Positions 7,674 to 14,320 of a stretch of 62,109 nt of DNA are shown piece by piece. The notes beneath the pieces are model-generated. The model did no database searches. It was given only the letters and a program-made list of their open reading frames with translations, and was not told the DNA's origin. A program made the translations under genes and the position numbers. This DNA comes from Lentisphaeraceae bacterium. Lineage in GTDB: Bacteria > Verrucomicrobiota > Kiritimatiellia > RFP12 > UBA1067. The stretch is taken from contig SFPL01000028.1 of assembly GCA_004551905.1 (NCBI GenBank), forward strand, positions 1 to 62,109. The letters run 5' to 3'. Within the stretch, counting starts at the first letter, position 1. Every line of letters begins with the position of its first letter.

Positions 7674-8561
7674 TCAGTCGTGCCGTCCGTCCTTCCAAGC
7701 CGCCGAGCCGGGCATCCGCTTGAGGAGGTGCTGGCGCGGTGCCTTGAACATCGCCCCGTTCCAACCGAGGCGAAGGAGGAAAACGCGGAGGTCGTACTTC
7801 GCGCTTGCCTCGCTGTAGGGGCGGGGGTTCTTCGCGCTTGCCGCCTTCGCCGCCATCGCCTTGTGGACAATCGTGAGGGCGAGGAGGACGTTGGCGCGAA
7901 TTTCGCCCGCGTGGGTCGTCGCCTCGAAGAGGCGGAACTCGACCGTGTGCTTGCCGCCGTTCCAAAGGTTGTGGAGGTTGAGGGTGCGGTAGCGGGCCGA
8001 GCAGTAATGGTTGTAGCGGTCGCGCACCCCGTGGTAGTAGGCGTCCGCCAGGTTCTCCATCGTCGGGGTCGGGAGCTTCAGCATCTTCTCGACGAACTCG
8101 CGGTCGGTCTTGCGCGTGTACCAACCGAGGCGGTTCGCCGCCGTGCCGCACCCGCGCACGATCAGCTCCTCCTGCTTGTAGAAAATCTTGACGAGGTTCT
8201 GGATTTGCCTCGGGGTCATCCGCGCCGCGCCCACGTGGATGTGGAGGCCCGCACCGCCGCCCGTCCTTGCGCCCGCCCTCTTGAGGGCGCGGACAACCTC
8301 CTGCAGGGTGGCGATGTCCCCGATCTTGAGGATCGGGCTCACCGTCTCGCTCCCGCCCGAAACCGAGCCGTCGGTCTCGCAGTTCCACCTGCGCCCGTCG
8401 GGCATCTCGACCACCCAGTTGGAAAGGTGGCGGCCTTCGTAAAAGGCGCGTCCGCCCGTCACCTCCGCGACCACCTTCGCCGCCTTTGCGGTGCTGATCT
8501 TGTCGTACTCGAGCTCGACCCCGAAGGTCATCTCGCTGAGTTCCGCTTCCGTTATCGTCAT
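7674..8561 (-). CDS. amidoligase (Pfam Amidoligase_2-type, glutamine-synthetase-like fold), 295 aa
   Basis: FGVELEY...NCETDGSV...SPIL...GLHIHVG...ARYRTLNLHNL...HTVEFRLFEAT is the motif order I associate with the phage/ICE amidoligase family. First gene behind cassette C. Confidence 0.8.
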   Translation of the reverse strand: MTITEAELSEMTFGVELEYDKISTAKAAKVVAEVTGGRAFYEGRHLSNWVVEMPDGRRWNCETDGSVSGGSETVSPILKIGDIATLQEVVRALKRAGARTGGGAGLHIHVGAARMTPRQIQNLVKIFYKQEELIVRGCGTAANRLGWYTRKTDREFVEKMLKLPTPTMENLADAYYHGVRDRYNHYCSARYRTLNLHNLWNGGKHTVEFRLFEATTHAGEIRANVLLALTIVHKAMAAKAASAKNPRPYSEASAKYDLRVFLLRLGWNGAMFKAPRQHLLKRMPGSAAWKDGRHD

Positions 8562-8620
8562 CTTCTTGTTCCTTTCTTTTGTTTTTCTCGCGGAGGCCTG
8601 TCCCCCGCTTTTCGAGTCAC

Positions 8621-8649
8621 AGTATGCCGTAAGCTGCGGGTAATAGCAA
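8621..8649 (-). promoter_or_regulatory. cassette C leftward promoter (amidoligase operon)
   Basis: Minus strand TTGCTA-N17-CATACT. 60 nt upstream of ATG 8561. Confidence 0.55.
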
Positions 8650-8705
8650 CGGGGTATTTTGATATATTTTCATTATTTTTAATGCGGAATTATCACTTAT
8701 AGCCC

Positions 8706-8735
8706 TTGCAATCCGTTGAACTATTACGGCATAAT
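8706..8735 (+). promoter_or_regulatory. cassette C rightward promoter
   Basis: TTGCAA-N18-CATAAT. Fires toward the terminator at 8789-8841. Confidence 0.4.
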
Positions 8736-8788
8736 ACGGACGCTGGGATAGGGCCTCAGTTCGTTGCCCCCGAGGGGTGCGGAGAACG

Positions 8789-8841
8789 TAAAAACCGAAG
8801 AGCGGCATCAGCCCCGTTTCGTCGGGGTGATGTCGCTCTTC
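8789..8841 (-). terminator. intrinsic terminator after GGCT gene 8874-9335
   Basis: Minus strand GAAGAGCGACATCACCCCG-ACGAAA-CGGGGCTGATGCCGCTCTTC, then GGTTTTTAC. Confidence 0.65.
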
Positions 8842-8873
8842 GCCCATTAGGCGTTCGCGCTACGCCTTGTCGA

Positions 8874-9335
8874 TCAGCGGCGGTTGCGCCAGTCGCCGCC
8901 CTCGATCACCTTCGCGTCCTTCGGGAGCGAGTTCATGATGTAGACCCATGCGCGGATGCGTCCGCCATCGGGCGTAAACGCCTCGATCTCCTCGCGGCGG
9001 TAGAGTCGCGGGTAGCCCTCGAGCCGATCCATCGATGCGAAGCCCTCATCATCGACGGTCAGCAGCTCGCCGACGATCTTCGTCTCTCCCGCCTTGACGA
9101 AGGCGGGGAACCCGAAGCCCGTGTCGTAGATCGTGCCGTGCGTCCATGCGGGGTGTCGCCTCGCGCCTTTCGCCCAGTGGGCGTTGCCCTCGCCGGTGAG
9201 GAGCGTCCCGTAGACGAACACCTTGTGTTCGGCGCGGGGCGAGGTCGGCAGTCCGAGTTCGCGCTCCGCCCGCTCCCTCGCGAGGGGCGGGAGGTGCTTG
9301 ATCTCCCTCTTGAGCGTTTCGATGTCCTTGGTCAT
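8874..9335 (-). CDS. second gamma-glutamylcyclotransferase-like (AIG2/GGACT-type) protein, 153 aa
   Basis: KVFVYGTLLTGEGNAHW...GELLTVDDEGFASMDRLEGYPRLYRRE carries the YGTL opening and LDxxEGYP motif of the AIG2 branch. Followed by a terminator at 8789-8841. Confidence 0.75.
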   Translation of the reverse strand: MTKDIETLKREIKHLPPLARERAERELGLPTSPRAEHKVFVYGTLLTGEGNAHWAKGARRHPAWTHGTIYDTGFGFPAFVKAGETKIVGELLTVDDEGFASMDRLEGYPRLYRREEIEAFTPDGGRIRAWVYIMNSLPKDAKVIEGGDWRNRR

Positions 9336-9377
9336 CTTCTGTTCCTTTCTCGGCCGCTTCGGCGACCGTTCATTTTA

Positions 9378-9965
9378 TCATTTCCCCTCGGCGCGTCCCG
9401 CCGAAAGCCCCTGGTAGAATTCGCAGTTCGCCTTCTCATCCCACGAGCATTCCTCGTCGCAGGGCTGTTGGGAGAGCGGGCAGAAGTGCTTCGGCGGATC
9501 GTCCTCAACCTCGCCGACGCAGTCGATCCTCGTCTCGTCCGCCTCCTCGAATTCGGACACCTTGAGTTCGCCCGCGCCGAACTTTGCGCCGACGATCTCC
9601 TCGGCCTGCCGCTCGTCCTTCGCCTCGACCGTGAAGGTTCCGTGCATCCGCACCGAGACCGTCACCTCGTACTTCTTCGTCGCATCCATTTCCGTTTTTC
9701 TTTCCGTTCGTCTTGCCGCGACTTCGTTTCGGGGTGGTGGTGTATTCGCCTCCAATCGCACAAGGTTCACGTAGCGTTTCGACACTTGGATGAGGTGTCT
9801 GTGGTCGCCGTAGGAAATGAACCTCTCGTACTCCTCGATCTTGTCCTCGCGTCCGCTGTCCTTGAGGGCTTGGATCGTCATTTCGTAAATGTGCCTCACG
9901 TCGCAATTGTGGGCCTTGGGATTGTAGGTCACCGTCTTGTCGGTGAACGGTTTTCTTTTCGCCAT
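9378..9965 (-). CDS. hypothetical protein, 195 aa (start uncertain)
   Basis: Start set at MAKRKPFTDK (ATG 9963-9965, after AAAGAAAGGAATG). An internal MDATKKYEVTV with its own RBS-like GGAAAGAAAAACGGAA could be a second start. Cys-rich acidic C-terminus. Confidence 0.5.
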   Translation of the reverse strand: MAKRKPFTDKTVTYNPKAHNCDVRHIYEMTIQALKDSGREDKIEEYERFISYGDHRHLIQVSKRYVNLVRLEANTPPPRNEVAARRTERKTEMDATKKYEVTVSVRMHGTFTVEAKDERQAEEIVGAKFGAGELKVSEFEEADETRIDCVGEVEDDPPKHFCPLSQQPCDEECSWDEKANCEFYQGLSAGRAEGK

Positions 9966-9991
9966 CTTCGCATTCCTTTCTTTCGGGTGTT

Positions 9992-10020
9992 GCCCCGCCC
10001 CCGTTTCGGGGAGGCGGGGC
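9992..10020. repeat. intergenic GC hairpin (same family)
   Basis: GCCCCGCCCC...GAGGCGGGGC. Confidence 0.55.
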
Positions 10021-10030
10021 GGTGGGGTTT

Positions 10031-10237
10031 TTACTCGCAGTCGAAGTACCTCGCGCAGGTCGCGAGGAGGTTGTCGTAGTTCCCGCTCGTGCATTCCTTC
10101 GTGAACTGCTCGATGAGGTCGGCGCGTCCGTTCCGGCGGAGGAGTTGCCGCGCCCGCGCCATGATCGAGAATGCGTTTCCGTCTTCGCCGACGAGTTTCA
10201 GCTTGAGGTTGGTGATCGGTTCTTGTTGCGTTGCCAT
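10031..10237 (-). CDS. small phage protein, 68 aa
   Basis: MATQQEPITNLKLKLVGEDGNAFSIMARARQLLRRNGRADLIEQF. The GNAFxIM...LRRxG pattern recurs in small phage proteins in my memory, but I cannot name a family. Confidence 0.6.
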   Translation of the reverse strand: MATQQEPITNLKLKLVGEDGNAFSIMARARQLLRRNGRADLIEQFTKECTSGNYDNLLATCARYFDCE

Positions 10238-10263
10238 TTTCGTTTTCCTTTCTTTCGGGTGTT

Positions 10264-10290
10264 GCCCGCCCCCCGCGTGGAGGGGCGGGC
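10264..10290. repeat. intergenic GC hairpin (same family)
   Basis: GCCCGCCCC-CCGCGTGGA-GGGGCGGGC. Confidence 0.6.
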
Positions 10291-10298
10291 GGTTTTCG

Positions 10299-10544
10299 TC
10301 AGGCCTCTTCGGTTGCCTTCTTGGCGTTCTTCAAGGCGCGGATCTGGAAGGCAAGGTAGCGAAGCTCAAGCGCAATCGCGTCAAGCTCGTTGGGAATCCA
10401 AACCACCGCCTTCTGGTCGGCGGTCAGCTTGTTGATCAGGATTCCCGCCCGCGCTCCCTTTTTCGCGAGGGCGTCCTTGATCGCCTCGTGGAGCTTCATC
10501 TGCCCCGCCTTGACCCGCACCATCTTCATCTTCCGTTGTTGCAT
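10299..10544 (-). CDS. small conserved phage protein, 81 aa (paralogue of 6468-6704)
   Basis: MQQRKMKMVRVKAGQMKLHEAIKDALAKKGARAG... The ATG at 10542-10544 sits at the same position in the repeated leader as the amidoligase ATG in cassette C. Confidence 0.65.
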   Translation of the reverse strand: MQQRKMKMVRVKAGQMKLHEAIKDALAKKGARAGILINKLTADQKAVVWIPNELDAIALELRYLAFQIRALKNAKKATEEA

Positions 10545-10602
10545 CTTCTTGACCTTTCTTTTGTTTTTCTCGCGGAGGCCTGTCCCCCGCTTTTCGAGTC
10601 AC

Positions 10603-10631
10603 AGTATGCCGTAAGCTGCGGGTAATAGCAA
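10603..10631 (-). promoter_or_regulatory. cassette D leftward promoter
   Basis: Identical to 8621-8649 (inside the 187-bp direct repeat). Confidence 0.55.
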
Positions 10632-10687
10632 CGGGGTATTTTGATATATTTTCATTATTTTTAATACGGAATTATCACTTATAGCCC

Positions 10688-10717
10688 TTGCAATCCGTTG
10701 AACTATTACGGCATAAT
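10688..10717 (+). promoter_or_regulatory. cassette D rightward promoter
   Basis: Identical to 8706-8735. Confidence 0.4.
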
Positions 10718-10770
10718 ACGGACGCTGGGATAGGGCCTCCGTTGGCGGCCCCACGGGGGCGCGGAAGAAC

Positions 10771-10798
10771 GGAAAACGCCTCGGCCGAAACCGAGGCG
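10771..10798 (-). terminator. intrinsic terminator after 10823-11095
   Basis: Minus strand CGCCTCGG-TTTCGG-CCGAGGCG, then TTTTCC. Confidence 0.6.
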
Positions 10799-10822
10799 CG
10801 AAGGCGGACGCTGTCCGTCAAG

Positions 10823-11095
10823 TCATGCGTCTTGGATTCCCTCAAGCCGCTCGACGAGCGCGTCGAAGATCGGCTTGCCGTCGGCGATCACCTTGTTCAC
10901 CGCTTCGATGCTTTCGCGCAGGCCCGTCGGTGCGTCGGGCGGCAGATCGCCCAGGAGCAGGTCGCCGTTCCAGTTCGCGAAGGTGTCCATCGCCGTGGCC
11001 ATCTCCGTGCTTTGCAAAACCCCGTCGCAGAATTCGTGCAGCTCCTTGCTGACGCTCTTCGCCTTGCCGTCCTTGCAGTTCGTTTCCATTTTCAT
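10823..11095 (-). CDS. hypothetical protein, 90 aa
   Basis: MKMETNCKDGKAKSVSKELHEFCDGVLQS... Same-strand ORF bracketed by a GC hairpin (11115-11138) and a terminator (10771-10798). Confidence 0.55.
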   Translation of the reverse strand: MKMETNCKDGKAKSVSKELHEFCDGVLQSTEMATAMDTFANWNGDLLLGDLPPDAPTGLRESIEAVNKVIADGKPIFDALVERLEGIQDA

Positions 11096-11114
11096 TTCCT
11101 TTCGTTTGAGGTTT

Positions 11115-11138
11115 GCCCGCCCCCTCGCGGAGGCGGGC
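11115..11138. repeat. intergenic GC hairpin (same family)
   Basis: GCCCGCC-CCCTCGCGGA-GGCGGGC. Confidence 0.55.
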
Positions 11139-11147
11139 GGTGAATCG

Positions 11148-11507
11148 TCAGCCCATCTTCTCCTCTTCGCGGCGGCGGTTGTTCGCCACGATATCGTCGA
11201 ACCAGCGTCCGCCGACTTGGAAGCGCGGAATCACAATCGCGTCCACGTTCTCGATGTCGGAAAGCTTGACGCTCACGATGTGGAGGTCGTCCCGATAGGC
11301 GTTGTCGCCCGTCAGCCCGTAGGCGAGGTTCATCGTCGCGCCCGTGATGACGTAGGCGACCTCCTGCTTCATCGGCGTGTAGCCCTTGATCCAGTCGAAG
11401 AGCTGCGTGAGCGATTCTTCGTCGGTCGTGAGGCCCTCCCAGGTGAGTGCCGATTCCTTTTCCAGCGCGTCGAGCTGCGCCTTGGTTTGCACCGTGATCT
11501 TCTTCAT
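11148..11507 (-). CDS. hypothetical protein, 119 aa
   Basis: Start moved to MKKITVQTKAQLDALEKESALTWEG (ATG 11505-11507). First gene behind cassette E. The upstream part of the 217-aa track ORF runs through the AT-rich promoter region. Confidence 0.6.
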   Translation of the reverse strand: MKKITVQTKAQLDALEKESALTWEGLTTDEESLTQLFDWIKGYTPMKQEVAYVITGATMNLAYGLTGDNAYRDDLHIVSVKLSDIENVDAIVIPRFQVGGRWFDDIVANNRRREEEKMG

Positions 11508-11566
11508 CTTCCTGTCCTTTCTTTTGAGTTTTTCCGCGAAGGCCTGCCCCTCGCTTTTCGAGACAC

Positions 11567-11595
11567 ATGATGCCGTAATTCCGTGGTAATAGCAA
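11567..11595 (-). promoter_or_regulatory. cassette E leftward promoter
   Basis: Minus strand TTGCTA-N17-CATCAT. 60 nt upstream of ATG 11507. Confidence 0.55.
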
Positions 11596-11647
11596 CGGCC
11601 TATTTGAAAATAAATTATTATTTTTCTACTGGATTTATGAACTATGA

Positions 11648-11771
11648 TTACGGCATACTGTCGGACGATGGGATAGGGACCCGATTCGCGGCCCCCGTGG
11701 GGCGGCTTCAAAGAATCGACCGCGAGGCAATCGCCCCTCGGGCTGTAGGCACCACGCCTATTATGCCGTAA
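11648..11771. repeat. 124-bp element, inverted copy
   Basis: TTACGGCATACTGTCGGACGATGGGATAGGG...GGCACCACGCCTATTATGCCGTAA. Opposite orientation relative to the flanking genes compared with 6863-6985. Confidence 0.8.
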
Positions 11772-11788
11772 ACGGCGAATCATATCCA
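11760..11788 (-). promoter_or_regulatory. cassette E distal leftward promoter
   Basis: Minus strand TGGATA-N17-CATAAT. Faces a TTACGGCATACT -10 at 11648-11659 (+). Confidence 0.4.
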
Positions 11789-11849
11789 GCGGAATAATCA
11801 TGAAAAAAGCGGGCGCACCGATCCCGCAGACCGATGCGCCCGCCGTGGG

Positions 11850-12335
11850 TCACTTGACCGTGCAGTCGGTGCATTGCCCCGTCGAGCATTGCCCGTCCGC
11901 GCACTCGCCGCCCTTGGGGTTGCAGTTCCCGTCGGGGCAGTCGCTGTCCGTACAACCGCCGTCGGGACACTCGCCGTCCTTCTTCTCGGCGGGCGGAGGC
12001 GGAACGATCTCCTTGCCCGTGGAGAGAGTGTCGCTCGTCCCGTCGAGCTTGTCGACGAGGCGGTCGAACACCTCCTGCGAGATCACGTGGAGCTGCGCGG
12101 CCCGCTCCGGCGTGAGCTTGCCGTCGGCGACCATGCGCTCGACGTAGTTGCTGTAGGCGGCGCGACCGCCCACCTCGTAGGCGAAGCGCATCACGTCCGC
12201 CACCTCCGAGCGGATCTCCGCCCGCTTCTCCGGAGTGACTGCCGTGGTGCAGCCCGTGCCGAGACCGGCGCACAGCGCAACCATCGTGACCAACGCGGCG
12301 ACGAGCCGCACCTTCATCTTCTTCTGGGAATCCAT
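11850..12335 (-). CDS. lipoprotein with Cys-rich C-terminal tail, 161 aa
   Basis: KVRLVAALVTMVALCAGLGTGC resembles a signal peptide plus lipobox. The C-terminus has repeated CxDGxC units (CPDGGCTDSDCPDGNCNPKGGECADGQCSTGQCTDC). Confidence 0.65.
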   Translation of the reverse strand: MDSQKKMKVRLVAALVTMVALCAGLGTGCTTAVTPEKRAEIRSEVADVMRFAYEVGGRAAYSNYVERMVADGKLTPERAAQLHVISQEVFDRLVDKLDGTSDTLSTGKEIVPPPPAEKKDGECPDGGCTDSDCPDGNCNPKGGECADGQCSTGQCTDCTVK

Positions 12336-12380
12336 AGCTGGATCGTCCTTTCGCTTTTGTGTTTTCCAAGACCGCGACGG

Positions 12381-12608
12381 TCACCTGCCGACGCTGATCA
12401 AGCTGAGTGATTTGGAGTCGCTCCAGTCGGGCGATCCCGACTTGATGATCTCCGTCTTGAGCGCACCGACCGTCATGCCGTCCTCGCGCTTGAGGGCGGT
12501 CTTGTCGGTCGGCTCGTAGTAGTGCCTCTCGGTGATGCACTGGCTGGCGCAGCCCCCGATCATGTCGAGGGCCGCGCCGAGCGCGAGGACGGCGAGTGTC
12601 CGCCTCAC
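12381..12608 (-). CDS. small lipoprotein, 75 aa (GTG start)
   Basis: GTG at 12606-12608 overlaps the stop of 12605-13081 (GTGA). (V)RRTLAVLALGAALDMIGGCAS looks like a signal peptide plus lipobox Cys. Confidence 0.5.
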   Translation of the reverse strand: MRRTLAVLALGAALDMIGGCASQCITERHYYEPTDKTALKREDGMTVGALKTEIIKSGSPDWSDSKSLSLISVGR

Positions 12609-13081
12609 GGCTTCACCTCCTTCGCCGCGTTGGAGAGGATTGCCGCCGCGCTCATCCGCCGGTCGTCGCGGTCGCGCTCCTCGAACGGGGCCATCCACGC
12701 CGCCCAACCGAACTTCTGGCAGATGTTGCCGAAGCGGCGGGCGGAGTTCATGACGGCGTAGCGGCGCGGGTTGTACCAGGCGTACTCAGCCTTGGCGACC
12801 CTTGAGCCGTTGCGCTTGAACCGCTTGTTGCTGGCGGTGAACGATTCCCTCGTCCCGTCCGAGAGCGACCACTCGATGTCGTGGATGAACGCGACTGGTT
12901 CGAGCGACGGGTGCAGGAAGTCGATGACGGCGCGAAGCCATCCGGGGAACTTCTCCGGCCCGATGCCGTTGTACATCGAACCGAGCTGCGTGTTCGAGAA
13001 TCCGTGGATAACCTCGCGCCCCTCAAGCTCGTACTTCTCGCACAGCTCGGACAGGCGTTTCACCTCTTTCAGACTTGCCAT
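12605..13081 (-). CDS. hypothetical protein with phospholipase-A2-like YxGxG...HD motif pair, 158 aa
   Basis: SMYNGIGPEKFP, then 20 aa later AFIHDIEWSL. This resembles the Ca-loop (YxGxG) and catalytic HDxxY of small PLA2 domains. The function call is weak; the coding call is firmer. Confidence 0.55.
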   Translation of the reverse strand: MASLKEVKRLSELCEKYELEGREVIHGFSNTQLGSMYNGIGPEKFPGWLRAVIDFLHPSLEPVAFIHDIEWSLSDGTRESFTASNKRFKRNGSRVAKAEYAWYNPRRYAVMNSARRFGNICQKFGWAAWMAPFEERDRDDRRMSAAAILSNAAKEVKP

Positions 13082-13082
13082 G

Positions 13083-13562
13083 TCAGTTGTCCTCCTTGAT
13101 TAGGACGAGGGGTCTCACCTCGACGATGTAGTCCCCGTTGCTGATTTCGATGAACGAGAACACGTTAAGTCCCGGCTCGACCGAGAGCGTTTCCTCGCCG
13201 TCGCTGCGGTAGAGCGAGTTGGCTCCGGTGAAGCGGACGACGGCGTTCGTCGATGCCGTCGCGCTCACGATCAGCCCCCTCGCGAATCCTGCGACCGTGC
13301 GGCGGGACGGGAGCGCAAACTCCGCCTCCGTCCCATCGATGGTCGCAACGTTGACCGCCCGATCGTGCAGTCGCCCGTCGCGCACTTCGCGGATCGCATA
13401 GGCCGAGACGCACGGCGCGACGTTCGTCGCCACGTAGTCGTTCGCCCCGAGCGAACCGCGCCGTGCGTAGATGGCGTTCGGCTTCACGAGCACATCGGGT
13501 CTCGATGCCGCGAACACGACACCGAATGCTGCAAGAGCGGCGATGAGGGCGGCTCTACGCAT
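13083..13562 (-). CDS. membrane-anchored or secreted tail-region protein, 159 aa (shares domain with 15134-16159 and 16424-16840)
   Basis: Start moved to MRRAALIAALAAFGVVFAAS (ATG 13560-13562). ...AGFARGLIVSATAS...GLNVFSFIEISNG parallels RDFFVRLVITAD...GVNVFAFTET in 15134-16159. Confidence 0.6.
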   Translation of the reverse strand: MRRAALIAALAAFGVVFAASRPDVLVKPNAIYARRGSLGANDYVATNVAPCVSAYAIREVRDGRLHDRAVNVATIDGTEAEFALPSRRTVAGFARGLIVSATASTNAVVRFTGANSLYRSDGEETLSVEPGLNVFSFIEISNGDYIVEVRPLVLIKEDN

Positions 13563-13731
13563 TGACCACCTCCGCTCCGAGAAGCCGAGCAACCGCCGCC
13601 GTCGCTGCGCGAACACCGTCATCGGTCGCGAAGTCGAACCGCTGGCCCTTGAGCCCGTCGCGGAATCCGCCCTGCGCCTCCATTGCAGCCGCAATGCGGG
13701 CCAGCACTTCAAAGTAGGAATTGCCTTGCAT
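13555..13731 (-). CDS. small hypothetical protein, 58 aa (below ORF-track cutoff)
   Basis: Hand translation: MQGNSYFEVLARIAAAMEAQGGFRDGLKGQRFDFATDDGVRAATAAVARLLGAEVVNA. Its stop overlaps the next start (ATGCGTAG). Confidence 0.45.
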   Translation of the reverse strand: MQGNSYFEVLARIAAAMEAQGGFRDGLKGQRFDFATDDGVRAATAAVARLLGAEVVNA

Positions 13732-13747
13732 TGTGTTTTCCCTCCAT

Positions 13748-14305
13748 TCAGTCCGCGACGCACTTGGACAGGATCGACTCGACGTACTCGTCGCTCACGC
13801 CGAGGTAGCCCTGGATGGCATTCCGACCCTCGATGAAGAGGTCGTTGTCCTCGGCGAAATCCTGCGCGGCAAGGTAGTAGTCGTAGTACGCCTTCTCCTC
13901 GAGCCACGTCTTCACCAGCACCCACTTGTCGGTGGCCTTCAAGGCGGCGACGAGCTTCAACTTGGAGAAGATGCGCTTGCCGACGGGCGGCGGCGCGGGG
14001 GGTGTGTCGCCGCCTCCGGGACCGCCGGATGGATTGTCGCCACCGCCGTCTCCGGATGGCGTGTCGGGCGCGGGCATCGTGATCTGCTTGTACACCCGCG
14101 TAAGCGCGGTGTCCGTTTCCGTCCAGCCGGACGGCTCGACCGTACAGCCCTCGTCAGGGGCGGGCGGAACGTCCTCCACCTTCTTCCAGCCGGCAGCCAG
14201 GTAGCTCGCCTCGGTGGGGTTCATCTTTACGCCGTCCCCCGTGCCGAGGGAATTGGGCGCGTATTCGATCTGACCATTGGTCAGCTTGCCGAACTTCGTG
14301 TTCAT
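13748..14305 (-). CDS. tail-region protein with Gly/Pro linker, 185 aa
   Basis: MNTKFGKLTNGQIEYAPNSLG...PSGDGGGDNPSGGPGGGDTPPAPPP...; same-strand ORF between receptor-binding candidates. No assignable domain. Confidence 0.6.
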   Translation of the reverse strand: MNTKFGKLTNGQIEYAPNSLGTGDGVKMNPTEASYLAAGWKKVEDVPPAPDEGCTVEPSGWTETDTALTRVYKQITMPAPDTPSGDGGGDNPSGGPGGGDTPPAPPPVGKRIFSKLKLVAALKATDKWVLVKTWLEEKAYYDYYLAAQDFAEDNDLFIEGRNAIQGYLGVSDEYVESILSKCVAD

Positions 14306-14320
14306 GCGTTGTCCTTTCGC

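Larger units (their letters stand above)
8571..8757. repeat. 187-bp direct repeat, copy 1 (cassette C)
   Basis: Identical to 10553-10739 except one base (G/A near 8684/10666). Includes RBS, leader hairpin, both promoters and the AT-rich spacer. Confidence 0.9.
10553..10739. repeat. 187-bp direct repeat, copy 2 (cassette D)
   Basis: See 8571-8757. Offset is 1982 bp. Confidence 0.9.

Noticed and set aside
9966-10094. Long (238-aa) version of ORF 9378-10094
   Set aside because: The extra N-terminal 43 codons are Arg/Pro-rich. They cross a GC hairpin and overlap the well-formed gene 10031-10237. MAKRKPF has an RBS.
5100-11800. Possibility that the repeated about 200-bp cassettes are a CRISPR-like array
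   Set aside because: The repeats are 180-300 bp and spaced 1-2 kb apart. The intervening DNA is coding, and the repeats contain promoter and RBS elements. There are no short regular repeat-spacer units.
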